32,000 nucleotides of DNA from Promethearchaeum syntrophicum (GCF_008000775.2 NZ_CP042905.2:1650001-1682000); one strand, 5' to 3'; shown: positions 1 to 10,103, counted from the first letter of the stretch. Made by a program: numbers and translations. Notes: a model not told the origin generated them from the letters alone.

Positions 1-238
1 TTATACCTACACAATCTCCTTCTACAATTCCAATTTTTGCCAAACCAGCGCGTAAATTATCAACTCGTTTTGCAAAATCCTTGTAGATTATCCATTGGAA
101 GACTCCGTTTTCATCTTTTTGTCCAATATAGGGCCGATCTGGGAATTTCTGAACTGTATCTTCTAAAACTTTTACCCAATTACTGGGATCATCATATCGC
201 ATGATTGCGATGTTTTTTCCATATTCTTCATATACCAT
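1..238 (-). CDS. AMP-dependent acyl-CoA synthetase/ligase, N-terminal fragment (runs off window edge)
   Basis: My reverse-strand translation MVYEEYGKNIAIMRYDDPSNWVKVLEDTVQKFPDRPYIGQKDENGVFQWIIYKDFAKRVDNLRAGLAKIGIVEGDCVGI resembles the N-terminus of AMP-binding acyl-CoA synthetases. Not in the ORF track because it is truncated. Confidence 0.7.
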   Translation of the reverse strand, partial: MVYEEYGKNIAIMRYDDPSNWVKVLEDTVQKFPDRPYIGQKDENGVFQWIIYKDFAKRVDNLRAGLAKIGIVEGDCVGI

Positions 239-380
239 TATAATACTCTCTTTTTAATGATAGTAAGATATTTTGTCCATAGAGCATAAAAAAGATGGTA
301 TTTTAAATATAAAAAAATAAAGTACCTTTATAAAGTCAAAATAATTAGTGAATGGGATTAGAAATAAGAATAAAAACGGA

Positions 381-1298
381 TTAATTCCAAAACTCTGCTG
401 AGAGATATCTTTCTCCGGTATCTGGGAATATAATTACAATTTTTTCTTGATCAGGATTTTTTTCGCAATATTTTAATGCAGCAGCCATTACTGCACCAGC
501 AGAGATTCCAACGAATATACCTTCATAGAATGCCAAATCTTTAGTCATTTTAAAAGCTTCGTCTTCATTTACAGTGATAATCGATTGAAAAATATTAGTA
601 TTAAGGACTTTCGGGATAAATCCAGCGCCTATACCTTGAATTTTATGTTTATTTGGTGTTCCTCCAGAAAGAATGTGTGAATTACTTGGTTCAACGCCAA
701 TTATCTTAATCTCTGGGTTTAATGCTAACAATTTTGTTCCTACTCCTGTTATTGTTCCTCCTGTTCCGATTCCCGCAATAAAAACATCAATGTTATGATC
801 CATATCTTCCCATATTTCCAAAGCTGTGGTTTTTGAATGAGCTTCTGGATTGGCGGGATTTTTAAATTGATTGGGAATATAAGAATTTGAACAATTCCGT
901 GCCAATATTTCTGCTTGTGCTATAGAACCTTTCATTCCATCTCTACTTGGAGTAAGAATTACTTCCACACCGTAGGCTTTTAGAATTTTTTGCCGTTCAA
1001 TACTCACAGAATCAGGCATTACGATTTTTAATTCATAACCTTTAACTGCACAGACCATTGCTAAGCCAATTCCAGTATTTCCTGATGTTGGTTCAATTAT
1101 GATGGTGTTTTTATCGATTAAACCTTTTTTTTCAGCAGATTCGATCATGTTTAAAGCAATTCTTGATTTAATGCTTCCTCCTGGATTTAGTGCCTCAATT
1201 TTTGCGTATATTTCTGAAGACACGTGTTGAGTCAATTTATTTATTCGAATTAGTGGTGTTTTTCCTATTGCCTTTAAAATATTGTCAAATTTTGCCAT
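381..1298 (-). CDS. cysK: Cysteine synthase (O-acetylserine sulfhydrylase), PLP-dependent
   Basis: NPGGSIKSR PLP-lysine region, PTSGNTGIGLAMVCAVKGY, GIGTGGTITG phosphate loop; typical CysK length. Confidence 0.93.
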   Translation of the reverse strand: MAKFDNILKAIGKTPLIRINKLTQHVSSEIYAKIEALNPGGSIKSRIALNMIESAEKKGLIDKNTIIIEPTSGNTGIGLAMVCAVKGYELKIVMPDSVSIERQKILKAYGVEVILTPSRDGMKGSIAQAEILARNCSNSYIPNQFKNPANPEAHSKTTALEIWEDMDHNIDVFIAGIGTGGTITGVGTKLLALNPEIKIIGVEPSNSHILSGGTPNKHKIQGIGAGFIPKVLNTNIFQSIITVNEDEAFKMTKDLAFYEGIFVGISAGAVMAAALKYCEKNPDQEKIVIIFPDTGERYLSAEFWN

Positions 1299-1316
1299 TT
1301 TTATTAATCTCCTTTC

Positions 1317-2144
1317 CTATTCATTTGTCAAATCTTTTTTTTCTTGATTATCTAAACGTTTTTCTAAATTGGAAATTTTCATTTCTAAATTTGTAATTAA
1401 TTTTAATACTGGGTCAGGAAGGATTCCATGTGAAAGAGCACTAATTTGTTCAATTACATCAGAGTCCCCTTTAATAATTCTACCAGGTACACCTACAACA
1501 ATGCTATTATCTGGGATATTTTTCGTTACTACACTGTTTGCTCCAATTTTAACATTATTTCCAATATTTATTGGTCCCAATATTTTCGCTCCTGCTCCTA
1601 CTTCAATATTATTACCGAGTGTAGGATGTCTTTTTTTCTTTTTTAAGCTAACTCCCCCGAGTGAAACCCCCTGATATAGAGTCACATTATTTCCAATTAC
1701 CGCTGTTTCTCCAATTACTACACCTGTTCCGTGGTCAATAAAAAAATTTTTACCTATGCTAGCTCCTGGGTGTATATCAATCCCTGTAATTTGCCTAGAG
1801 AGATTTGATATATATCGGGGAACAAAAGGTAACCCAATTTTCCAGAAAAAATGAGCAACGCGATGTAAAAGCACTGCTTGAATCCCCGGATAAGAAGTTA
1901 ACACTTCGATCATATTGTCTGCGGCTGGATCTTTACTAAACGCTTCAGTAACATCTGAAATAAAGAATTTTAGAATCTGTTCGATTTCGGTTATCACAGA
2001 ATCTGTATTTTTAATAGAAAGGTTGAAATCCAAGTGAAGTAAACAATCAGAGCAAATACTAATATCTCCGATTTTTTTCGCAAGAGGTTTTCCACATCTG
2101 CTACAGACGAAAGGAAAATTATCCGTTTTTTCAATTATTGCCAT
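1317..2144 (-). CDS. cysE: Serine O-acetyltransferase with N-terminal CxxC...CxxC zinc-ribbon-like extension
   Basis: Left-handed beta-helix hexapeptides ([43 protein letters not shown]...VVGVPGRII); sits immediately upstream of cysK. Confidence 0.9.
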   Translation of the reverse strand: MAIIEKTDNFPFVCSRCGKPLAKKIGDISICSDCLLHLDFNLSIKNTDSVITEIEQILKFFISDVTEAFSKDPAADNMIEVLTSYPGIQAVLLHRVAHFFWKIGLPFVPRYISNLSRQITGIDIHPGASIGKNFFIDHGTGVVIGETAVIGNNVTLYQGVSLGGVSLKKKKRHPTLGNNIEVGAGAKILGPINIGNNVKIGANSVVTKNIPDNSIVVGVPGRIIKGDSDVIEQISALSHGILPDPVLKLITNLEMKISNLEKRLDNQEKKDLTNE

Positions 2145-2321
2145 AAATTACTGAAATCAGATAAAAATATTAAAATAACTCTTCAGATTTATCAAATGAA
2201 ATAAAAAAATTCCTTTAATTGATAAGCTTATTTTACTAATGTTTTCTACGCTTAAGATCCAGATATTCCAACATGAAAATGATCACTAAAACTTAATAAA
2301 ACCTACTCTAATAAGTATGAT

Positions 2322-3080
2322 ATGAAGGGTAAAACAAGCGCAATTTTAGTTTTGGTTAGTGTCTTGGCTTTGGGAACGGCCGGATATTTCACTGGTGTTA
2401 TTGATATTAACCTTCCGGATAATTCAAGTGAACCCGGAATAGAATATCTAACAATTTACATAAATTCCTATAATTTTACTCAAATTCTTCTACAAGATTA
2501 TATGATTAATTATACGATTGATGGGTTTGGAACCTTTGATCTTTATCAAAACAAATCAATGATAGGTAGGTACCCTCAAGGAGTAGAAGAGCTGAAAATA
2601 TATGCTTGGTGTTCACTTAATTTTACACCTGCAAGCGAAATAAAAGACAATATTGCTCTCGACGAACCGATCGCCTCTCAACCCGGAGATGAAGAGGAAG
2701 AAGAAATACAAGCTCGCCCTAGACCTGACTGTTGGGAATATAATTTCTACGACAAAATAACTGCAGTTAATATTATTACAACAGTGATTATCTCATTTAG
2801 CGATGTTGAAGCAACAGGAGTTTTCCACGATTCTCCTCCAAATGATCCCATTTATTTAAATTATGCAGAAACAATTCTTCAAATTCAGTTAAGTAAAAAT
2901 AACGTTTTGATTCCTGCAAATGAACTGAGTTCGGAAGATCTGACAGTTTTTACGAGTGGATTATTTGAATTTACACCCGATAATAGGGGATATTCAAGCT
3001 CGATAACACAAAGCTTAACATCAATCTTAATGATTACAAATGCTGAGGGACAGGTTGTTCAGCTTTCAACATATTCTTAA
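2322..3080 (+). CDS. Hypothetical secreted or membrane-anchored protein
   Basis: N-terminal hydrophobic segment AILVLVSVLALGTAGYF followed by a hydrophilic domain; no family recognised. Confidence 0.6.
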   Translation: MKGKTSAILVLVSVLALGTAGYFTGVIDINLPDNSSEPGIEYLTIYINSYNFTQILLQDYMINYTIDGFGTFDLYQNKSMIGRYPQGVEELKIYAWCSLNFTPASEIKDNIALDEPIASQPGDEEEEEIQARPRPDCWEYNFYDKITAVNIITTVIISFSDVEATGVFHDSPPNDPIYLNYAETILQIQLSKNNVLIPANELSSEDLTVFTSGLFEFTPDNRGYSSSITQSLTSILMITNAEGQVVQLSTYS

Positions 3081-3098
3081 TAATTATTAAATAACAAA

Positions 3099-4175
3099 TT
3101 AAAAATGTTTTCTGCTCAAAAGATCCGGATATTTCAAAGCACCCCGTGAGTCAATAGCCTGGGCATAAGGTTCAAATTCACTTGGAATTACACAACAAGC
3201 GCTATAATATTCAATTTTAAAATTTTCTTGCTTTGCCCATTTGATCGTTTTCGCTGTCGGCATGACAATATGATTTGCCCCAGAAAGGATGGACCAGCGT
3301 TCTAAATCAAAGCTGAATTTTCCTTTAGGTCTCATACAACCCAAAGATAAAAGAGTTGAAGGAAGGAATACTTTTGAGATTAAAAAGAATTTTGCCATGC
3401 TTTCTGGAGTTAATAATTCGAAATTTTGATCCATTTCTCCATTTGTTCGTGGCGGAATCATCCCTATAAAAACTAATAATTCAGGGGGATTTTCAGATAA
3501 GACTTTGATTGCATCTAATTCCCTCGCTATTTTTCCAAATCGCGCTCCTATTAAAACATGTGGAATTACCCTTAACCCCGCTTCAAGAAGTGCATCATAA
3601 CTTTCAATATAATCTTCGATTTTAAAATCTAAGTTAAAAACATCTTGAATGACTTTAGAATCCAAATTAAGATCAAAAGATACAGTATCGATTCCGCTTT
3701 CTTTCAGAGATCTTGCCTCAGAATAAGATATAAGGCCTACATGAGAGTTTAGAAAGAATTTTTTATTCTTTCTTTTAAAATCTAAGATAATGTCTTTATA
3801 TTTCTCAATAGGCACTTTACCATAAGATGTACACCCTCCCGAAATAAGTGCTCCTACGCTATTATGGTCTATACAGTAATTTAATGCATTTTTAAATTTT
3901 TCTTCAGTTTCTGCTTGAAGCATATTTGAAAGATATTTTCTGTCACAATGTTTGCAGTTTAAATCACAGCTATTTCCAGTCACTGAAATGGAAGGGAATG
4001 ATTTTCCGGGAGTATAAAATTTCAGGGCTTTTGCTTCCTGGAGAGTTTCGAACCGGTAAGATCCGATTTCATTAAAGAATGAATCCCAATCATCGTTCTC
4101 AAATGATAATAGATATCTTGCATCTGCCCAATTGAATTTTTTAGTTTTAAATTTCTCTAAAAATTTTTTCAACAT
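3099..4175 (-). CDS. Radical SAM protein, candidate archaeal lipoyl synthase subunit (LipS1/LipS2 type)
   Basis: CDLNCKHC (CX3CX2C) radical SAM cluster motif; adjacent to an lplA-like gene and a second radical SAM gene. Confidence 0.75.
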   Translation of the reverse strand: MLKKFLEKFKTKKFNWADARYLLSFENDDWDSFFNEIGSYRFETLQEAKALKFYTPGKSFPSISVTGNSCDLNCKHCDRKYLSNMLQAETEEKFKNALNYCIDHNSVGALISGGCTSYGKVPIEKYKDIILDFKRKNKKFFLNSHVGLISYSEARSLKESGIDTVSFDLNLDSKVIQDVFNLDFKIEDYIESYDALLEAGLRVIPHVLIGARFGKIARELDAIKVLSENPPELLVFIGMIPPRTNGEMDQNFELLTPESMAKFFLISKVFLPSTLLSLGCMRPKGKFSFDLERWSILSGANHIVMPTAKTIKWAKQENFKIEYYSACCVIPSEFEPYAQAIDSRGALKYPDLLSRKHF

Positions 4176-4200
4176 GTTTTTTCTAACCTACAATAATTTT

Positions 4201-5019
4201 TTAAACGTATTTTTTTAACCATTTTTCATTTTCATATTTATTCTTGCTTAAAGAATCGATTTCAGCTTCTTCTTCTGGCGAAAACGGAACTTTTTCTAAT
4301 GCAATGTTGAAAACCTCCTCGAATCCAGTTTTCATGACTGAAACAATATCTCCATAATTAAATTCCAAATCTTTAGATTGCTGCATAATTCCAGTAACCT
4401 TTGATCGAACAGAATTTACCATATAAGTATAGGATTTCCCTTCTGGGGCTCGTAAAATTTCATACATTCTTTCAGGAAACACTTTTAAAAGTATTGTTCC
4501 GTGTTGAAGAAGGACATTTTTTCTGATAATTTGAGCATTACCTGATATTTTTTTCCCATCAGTAAATAAAGCAGGACAATGAATTTTTCCAATATTTATT
4601 GCCATTCCTAATTTTTCAATTCCACATGCTAATGCTTCCAAAATAACTTTATAACGTTTTGATATAGAATCATCAAAAATATGCTGAGGTTTTTCAATTT
4701 TCGGAAGATCTTCTAAACGGCATATGACAGCATATGTAATTTCTCCTAAGGATTCATGCAAAACGGCTCCCCCCCCAGAGATTCGGCGAACGATATCGAT
4801 ATTTTGGGATTTTGCTGCATTTTCATCAATTTCAGCAGAATACGATTGATGCATTCCAATAGAAGCGGTAGTAGGAATCCATTGATAAAATCTAATTGTA
4901 TTTAATGATTTTCCTGCAATCACAGAGTTTAATAAAGTTTCGTCTATAGCCATGTTTTTGGGGCCAGAAAATTTACCAAATGGGATGTATCTCCATTGCT
5001 TTTTAGAATTTATTGACAT
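4201..5019 (-). CDS. lplA: Lipoate-protein ligase A family (BPL_LplA_LipB fold)
   Basis: RRISGGGAVLHESLGEITY, DGKKISGNAQIIRKNVLLQHGTILL; conserved ligase lysine present. Confidence 0.85.
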   Translation of the reverse strand: MSINSKKQWRYIPFGKFSGPKNMAIDETLLNSVIAGKSLNTIRFYQWIPTTASIGMHQSYSAEIDENAAKSQNIDIVRRISGGGAVLHESLGEITYAVICRLEDLPKIEKPQHIFDDSISKRYKVILEALACGIEKLGMAINIGKIHCPALFTDGKKISGNAQIIRKNVLLQHGTILLKVFPERMYEILRAPEGKSYTYMVNSVRSKVTGIMQQSKDLEFNYGDIVSVMKTGFEEVFNIALEKVPFSPEEEAEIDSLSKNKYENEKWLKKYV

Positions 5020-5033
5020 ATCTCAGCTAGCTC

Positions 5034-6056
5034 CTATATAGATACCAAAGATCTCAGTTCATTATAGACCATTTCTTTTTCTTCAAAAGTTAAGGATCTT
5101 GGAAATCCTGAGGGTTCGTCCCCTGGACGGTATGTATAATTCGGTCTATTACAATCTGGACAACCTGCAGTTAAAAATGGGAGTTCTTCATTTATTAATG
5201 CCCTTAACTCCTTATTCGAAAAATTATTTAGTTCAACAAGATCACCATCTTTGAAAATAAATCGCGACAGGTTTTGGAGATTCATTAAAAGGAGAAATCG
5301 AGCTAGCTGGATTCTTCTAAAACTTTCTATTGGTGGACGTTTTTCTAATGCCATTGGAGTTCCTTTAATCGGAGTAAATAAGAAGATTCCTGGTAAAATG
5401 TTCCTTTCGATAGTATAATGGATCGATTTGATCATCTCCTCTTCGGTTTCTCCCAATCCAACAATAAAATGAGTGGTTACCTTTCCGTTCCCAAAAATCG
5501 TTAAAGCTTCCTTCATTGATTTCCAATGTTTTTTCCATGAGTAAGGTCCATGATTATCGGGTCCTTTAATTTTAGCAAATAAAGTTGGTTTGCACGCATC
5601 TAAGGCAATTCCAATTCTCTCTAATCCAGCATTATGTAATTTTTCCATCTTTTTTGAAGATATCGGTGGTATTGCGGTAGAAATATTTAGATCAGGATAA
5701 ATTGTGTGAATTTTTTCGATTATATATAGAACATCATCAAAAAATCCTCTGTAATTAAGGACTTGAATGCAAATTCTTTTAAATCGAAGTTCAGTGTTTA
5801 GTTTTTGATTTTCCTTTAGATTATTAAGGAAAATTTCCCAATCAAAAACTGGCCATTGCACTCGAGAAAGATTATCTGCATATTTTTTATTTGTCCCATT
5901 CGCCTGAGGACAAAAACTACATTTTCCAATGCATTGAGAAGTTGTATAGGTCATTAAATAGCATGTCGAGGGATATGTATCAACTTTTATCTCTCTTAGA
6001 CCCAAAACAACTGCACTCCCAATAGAAATCCGAATTTTCTGAATTTTGTTCACCAT
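5034..6056 (-). CDS. Radical SAM protein, candidate archaeal lipoyl synthase subunit (LipS1/LipS2 type; biotin-synthase-like)
   Basis: CIGKCSFCPQAN (CX3CX2C); ladder motifs typical of BioB-like radical SAM enzymes; same operon as lplA. Confidence 0.75.
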   Translation of the reverse strand: MVNKIQKIRISIGSAVVLGLREIKVDTYPSTCYLMTYTTSQCIGKCSFCPQANGTNKKYADNLSRVQWPVFDWEIFLNNLKENQKLNTELRFKRICIQVLNYRGFFDDVLYIIEKIHTIYPDLNISTAIPPISSKKMEKLHNAGLERIGIALDACKPTLFAKIKGPDNHGPYSWKKHWKSMKEALTIFGNGKVTTHFIVGLGETEEEMIKSIHYTIERNILPGIFLFTPIKGTPMALEKRPPIESFRRIQLARFLLLMNLQNLSRFIFKDGDLVELNNFSNKELRALINEELPFLTAGCPDCNRPNYTYRPGDEPSGFPRSLTFEEKEMVYNELRSLVSI

Positions 6057-6172
6057 TACCTAAGATGGAATAAAGAAAATAATTTTTAGGTTAATAAGAA
6101 ATAAAATGAATAAAAGAATATCAAACAACTCGTTTTCAAAATTAATTTTTTTAATAAAATTAAAGGTGAAAT

Positions 6173-6625
6173 TTGATGGCAAATCAACTTAATATAACAC
6201 TTTCAAATGGTGTCGAATTGGAACTCGATCCAGAAGATCTCAATAAAAACTTCTCAATGTTTATCGATAAGTTCTTAATCCCGTATTTTAAAGAATCCAA
6301 TGATTGGAATAAGACAATAATTTCCTCAATAAGTGAAATTGAGCGGATTTCTTCTAAATTTGATGTATCGAAAGGTGAGATTATCTCTAAATTTCTTAAG
6401 AATATAGAATCCAGATTACCTACAGATATCGCAGAGCTGACTGGATTAGATAAAATAGAGATTCTTTTCGAAAATATTGACGATTATGTTGAAAGTATGG
6501 TTAACATTGTATCTTCGGGAGATTCTCAAGAAGATATTAGGTTAAAAATCGCTAAACTTGTTGAAAATCTTAACTTATTTGAACTCTCTGAACTATTTAT
6601 TCATTTTGCAAAAAATAAGAAATAA
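6173..6625 (+). CDS. Hypothetical helical protein
   Basis: Complete 150-codon ORF; no family recognised. Confidence 0.5.
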   Translation: MMANQLNITLSNGVELELDPEDLNKNFSMFIDKFLIPYFKESNDWNKTIISSISEIERISSKFDVSKGEIISKFLKNIESRLPTDIAELTGLDKIEILFENIDDYVESMVNIVSSGDSQEDIRLKIAKLVENLNLFELSELFIHFAKNKK

Positions 6626-6662
6626 AATAAATTACTAAACTACTGGTTAAGATTGAAAAAAC

Positions 6663-7865
6663 TCATTTACTTTTTTTTTTCTTCTCTTCCATATCAAATT
6701 CCAAATCTTCGAGTGCGTCCAGCATCGCATCTTCTTCAATATTCAAATCGACATCATCATATTCAGAAGACATTGCATCAAAATTAGGAGTTCCATCTGA
6801 GTTTAATTTTATATTGGTTGTAAAAGGATCATAATCGGTTGCAGCTGTCAACGGTGCGGTAGATGTTATTGGTGTTGATGATGGTGTTTGAGCAGGAGTA
6901 CTCGGCGATGAACCAGTTAAAGTTCCAATTTCGAAATTAACATAATCTTCAAGAGGGACTGGTGGCACCTCATTCTCAAAAATAGGAATTCCATAAGGTA
7001 AATTGGGATCTTTTGCTTGTGCTTGTTCTGCTTTAGAGGAAACTACCGTAGTTCTGGTTGTTTCTGAAATCTCATCCAGTGCTGATAGTATGTCATCAGG
7101 TAAACCTTCTTCACTTTGCTGGTGTTGATTATCAACCAAGGCTACCAAGTCTTCAGCTTCTGTTATAGGTTCCAGACCAGTAGATGTTTGCTGCGCGGAA
7201 GAAATTTGATCCTGACTTATAGGTTGAGGTGCCAGATCATCTATGCCGAACATTAAATCTCTGTCAATTGAGACAATATTTTGATTATCTGGTTTATTTT
7301 CTTCTTCTTCTCCGCCCCAATCCTTTAGAAAGCTTAAAACCCCTTCCATGGCTTGGATGTCATCTGTTTTATCTTTATCCATTTTAAAATCTTTAGCCAT
7401 CGGAGCTTTCGCTTCTATCATTTTTCTCTCTTCCCTACCTTTTTCCGCTTCGATTTCTTTTTGAAGAGCGGCAGTTACTTTATTACCCGCTAAAATATAA
7501 GCGAATTTATGAGCTTCGTTTCTTAAATATTCCATATAATAACCGATACGGAGTGGATTCGATATTCCCCCAAAAATCATATATTCCTCGTTTATGAACT
7601 GTAGTATAACAAACCCCGAATCTGCTTTTACTAATATTTCTCTGAGATCTCCATGATCCACTGAAGTGCTAAGACGTTCTGCCAAATCAATTAGGGCACT
7701 GGAACTCGCAGTTTCGGCGTCTGCGTTCATACTGTCACTTGTGCTAGTTGCGATGGCCATTCCTATTCTGGATATAATTGCAACTCTTTTTAAATCAGTT
7801 CCTCGTTCAACCCTTTGGATTTCCACCATGAGTGCATGTGCGGTTTCTTCAGCGATCATTGCCAA
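6663..7865 (-). CDS. Roadblock/LC7-like domain protein with long acidic, low-complexity C-terminal tail
   Basis: N-terminal ~110 aa pattern (LKRVAIISRIGMAIATS...AERLSTSV...LREILVKADSGFVILQFINEEYMIFG) is Roadblock-like; the rest is Ser/Thr/Pro/Glu-rich. Confidence 0.7.
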   Translation of the reverse strand: MAMIAEETAHALMVEIQRVERGTDLKRVAIISRIGMAIATSTSDSMNADAETASSSALIDLAERLSTSVDHGDLREILVKADSGFVILQFINEEYMIFGGISNPLRIGYYMEYLRNEAHKFAYILAGNKVTAALQKEIEAEKGREERKMIEAKAPMAKDFKMDKDKTDDIQAMEGVLSFLKDWGGEEEENKPDNQNIVSIDRDLMFGIDDLAPQPISQDQISSAQQTSTGLEPITEAEDLVALVDNQHQQSEEGLPDDILSALDEISETTRTTVVSSKAEQAQAKDPNLPYGIPIFENEVPPVPLEDYVNFEIGTLTGSSPSTPAQTPSSTPITSTAPLTAATDYDPFTTNIKLNSDGTPNFDAMSSEYDDVDLNIEEDAMLDALEDLEFDMEEKKKKSK

Positions 7866-8022
7866 TTTTTTTCAATCTCCAACTAACAAAATACTATTTG
7901 AAATAAGATCTATATAAAAATATAGCATCATTAGGTTAAAAAAATTGGGTGATAATCAAAGGAATTTTTACTTTCAATCACCTCTTTCTCGGTCTTTAAA
8001 TATTCGAATATAAAATAATACC

Positions 8023-9339
8023 ATGAAAATCCCAAAAACATCACTTTGTTTAGAGAATAATAACATTAATTGTATTCCGAAATCCGACAAAATTCAGTAT
8101 GTTGGAGCTCGGGCTCTTTTTGATCCAAACTTTATACCTCCTATTATTATAGAAAGAAAGAAAAAAGGTGAAATTCTTCATGGCATAATTACCGATGCGA
8201 TTGAAGATCACTACTCTACGAACATTAATTTGTATGGTTTGGAGGGGATTGGAAAGAATTTATTGGTGAACAATTTCCTCCAAGATATTTCATTGAATCA
8301 AGGTGATACCTCAAAGAAAGGAAAATCGAGCAGTAAGAAACTAAATCAAAATGTCTTCATTCTGCGAGTAGATTGTTCTGATAAAGAAATTGAACAGGTA
8401 TTTTTTACAATCTTAAGTCAATTAAGTTCAATTATTAAATTACAGCTTGATTTTAATGAAATCTTGAAATTATCACAAGTGAAATTATGGACATCCCTCA
8501 AATTAATTTTAGATCGCTTGAAACACCCCGTAATTCTCTTTTTACAAAAATCTGAAAACGTTTCTCCTTTCTATTTGACAAAATTATACAAGTATGCAAA
8601 AAATTCTAACAAAATACAGATAATTACAACGATTAATACTGGATTACAAAAATATTCCTTCAAACAATATCAAGGAATGGATCATCGCATCCAAATGGGG
8701 TTATATGATTTAAAAAATTTGCGACAAATAACAGCAGATCGGAGTATTATGGCTTTTGAAAAAGCTCTTGAACAAGATTCAATAAATTTAATTGTTGATT
8801 ATATCAGTGAGTATGATATGATGGTTCCAGGTGCATGTATGAATCTTTTGAAAGAATTTTATCCCGTAATTCATCAAAGCGGTAACTTAACTCCCGAAAT
8901 CTTAAGGCGAACAACGCAATATTATTTTGATAGCTATAACTTGGATGCAATCACTTTTGCAGATTTTGTAATGAGTTCATCTATTGAAGATCGCTTGTTT
9001 TTAGAGTATTTAGTCGATTTTTTCAGAAGTAAAAATAATTTCTACATCCCCTTCAAAAATATAAAACAGGCTTATTCGATGACATGTGAAGAGTTAGGAT
9101 ATGATATATTGGAGCAAGAATTTTTTAGTAGTTTAAGAAAAATTACAAACTCGCAAGTATTTTGTCCAAGTAAAATCTTCCAACGTGTTGGAATCAAAGA
9201 AAATAACGGAGTATATTGCGTCCCTCATTTCCTTACTCTCCCAGTTAATGAGGTAAATGAATTATTAAATGTTTCTTTTGGGATGGAAGATAATCTCAAC
9301 AATTTCAATAATATTACAAGAGGAAAGGAAACCTTCTAG
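8023..9339 (+). CDS. Orc1/Cdc6-like AAA+ protein with degenerate Walker motifs
   Basis: ALFDPNFIPPIIIER...NINLYGLEGIGKN...ITTINTG (sensor-1-like)...HRIQMGLYDLKNLRQITADRSIMAF...C-terminal winged-helix-like region; layout matches archaeal Orc1/Cdc6. Confidence 0.7.
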   Translation: MKIPKTSLCLENNNINCIPKSDKIQYVGARALFDPNFIPPIIIERKKKGEILHGIITDAIEDHYSTNINLYGLEGIGKNLLVNNFLQDISLNQGDTSKKGKSSSKKLNQNVFILRVDCSDKEIEQVFFTILSQLSSIIKLQLDFNEILKLSQVKLWTSLKLILDRLKHPVILFLQKSENVSPFYLTKLYKYAKNSNKIQIITTINTGLQKYSFKQYQGMDHRIQMGLYDLKNLRQITADRSIMAFEKALEQDSINLIVDYISEYDMMVPGACMNLLKEFYPVIHQSGNLTPEILRRTTQYYFDSYNLDAITFADFVMSSSIEDRLFLEYLVDFFRSKNNFYIPFKNIKQAYSMTCEELGYDILEQEFFSSLRKITNSQVFCPSKIFQRVGIKENNGVYCVPHFLTLPVNEVNELLNVSFGMEDNLNNFNNITRGKETF

Positions 9340-10103
9340 ATCTCTGGTATCCAATTTGTTAATTTAGATTGATTAACAGGTACTTTAATCTGTTTTTTTA
9401 ACAATAATCTAGTTCTTTGTTCAATTATTTCAATAATTCTGTTTACAACATCTTCGGCAGTCATATTTTCAGTCCAAATTCGGGTAATTCTGTTATTTTT
9501 CTCAATTTTATTTTCTATGAAAATTTCTTCATATTTTTTTAAAACTCGCTTTAAATATTCAAAATCACCTTCATTCCACTTTTCTCGGCTAATATCCAGC
9601 GATCCTCGATGATAAATCCGTTGCATAATTGTTTTTGGTTCTGCATTCAGAAAAATAATATGATCTTTTTGCCAAGATACAGAAGTAAAGGTGTCATTTA
9701 TTAATGAATAATCAATTTTTGGAAGAGAAAGTGCGCGAGCATATGCTATCGTTGTAAATGGGGTTCGGTCTGAGATGCAGATGCGTTCCCTATGGTTGGT
9801 CACGAATTTCTTTATTATTTCATTTCTTTTTATCATTTGCTGGTTATAATGTAATTCTGCTCGAAATGCAATGTTCTTATCTTTTGATCCAAATGGAACA
9901 GGAGGATTTGCTCGTAGTCGTTCGGGCATAAAAAGGATGTTCTTGTTTTCTATAAGTTTTTTCTGTAAAAGGAGATAAACTGTGGTTTTTCCAACTCCGT
10001 GGACACCAGCAATAGAGAATACGAATCCATCACCCTTTGACCGAGATCTTTTGGTTTTGTGTTTTTTTATCGATTTTGTTTTTTTTCCTTTGATTTGCAC
10101 CAC
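9336..10103 (-). CDS. P-loop deoxynucleoside/thymidylate kinase-like protein
   Basis: Walker A GVHGVGKTT, CISDRTPFTTIAYARAL, C-terminal basic tail. Confidence 0.6.
   Translation of the reverse strand: MVQIKGKKTKSIKKHKTKRSRSKGDGFVFSIAGVHGVGKTTVYLLLQKKLIENKNILFMPERLRANPPVPFGSKDKNIAFRAELHYNQQMIKRNEIIKKFVTNHRERICISDRTPFTTIAYARALSLPKIDYSLINDTFTSVSWQKDHIIFLNAEPKTIMQRIYHRGSLDISREKWNEGDFEYLKRVLKKYEEIFIENKIEKNNRITRIWTENMTAEDVVNRIIEIIEQRTRLLLKKQIKVPVNQSKLTNWIPEI

Noticed and set aside
1190-1674. Three short plus-strand ORFs (1190..1396, 1369..1674, 1446..1646)
   Set aside because: Antisense shadows of cysK and cysE with no protein-like features.
7666-7917. Plus-strand 83-aa ORF
   Set aside because: Antisense to the Roadblock-like gene.
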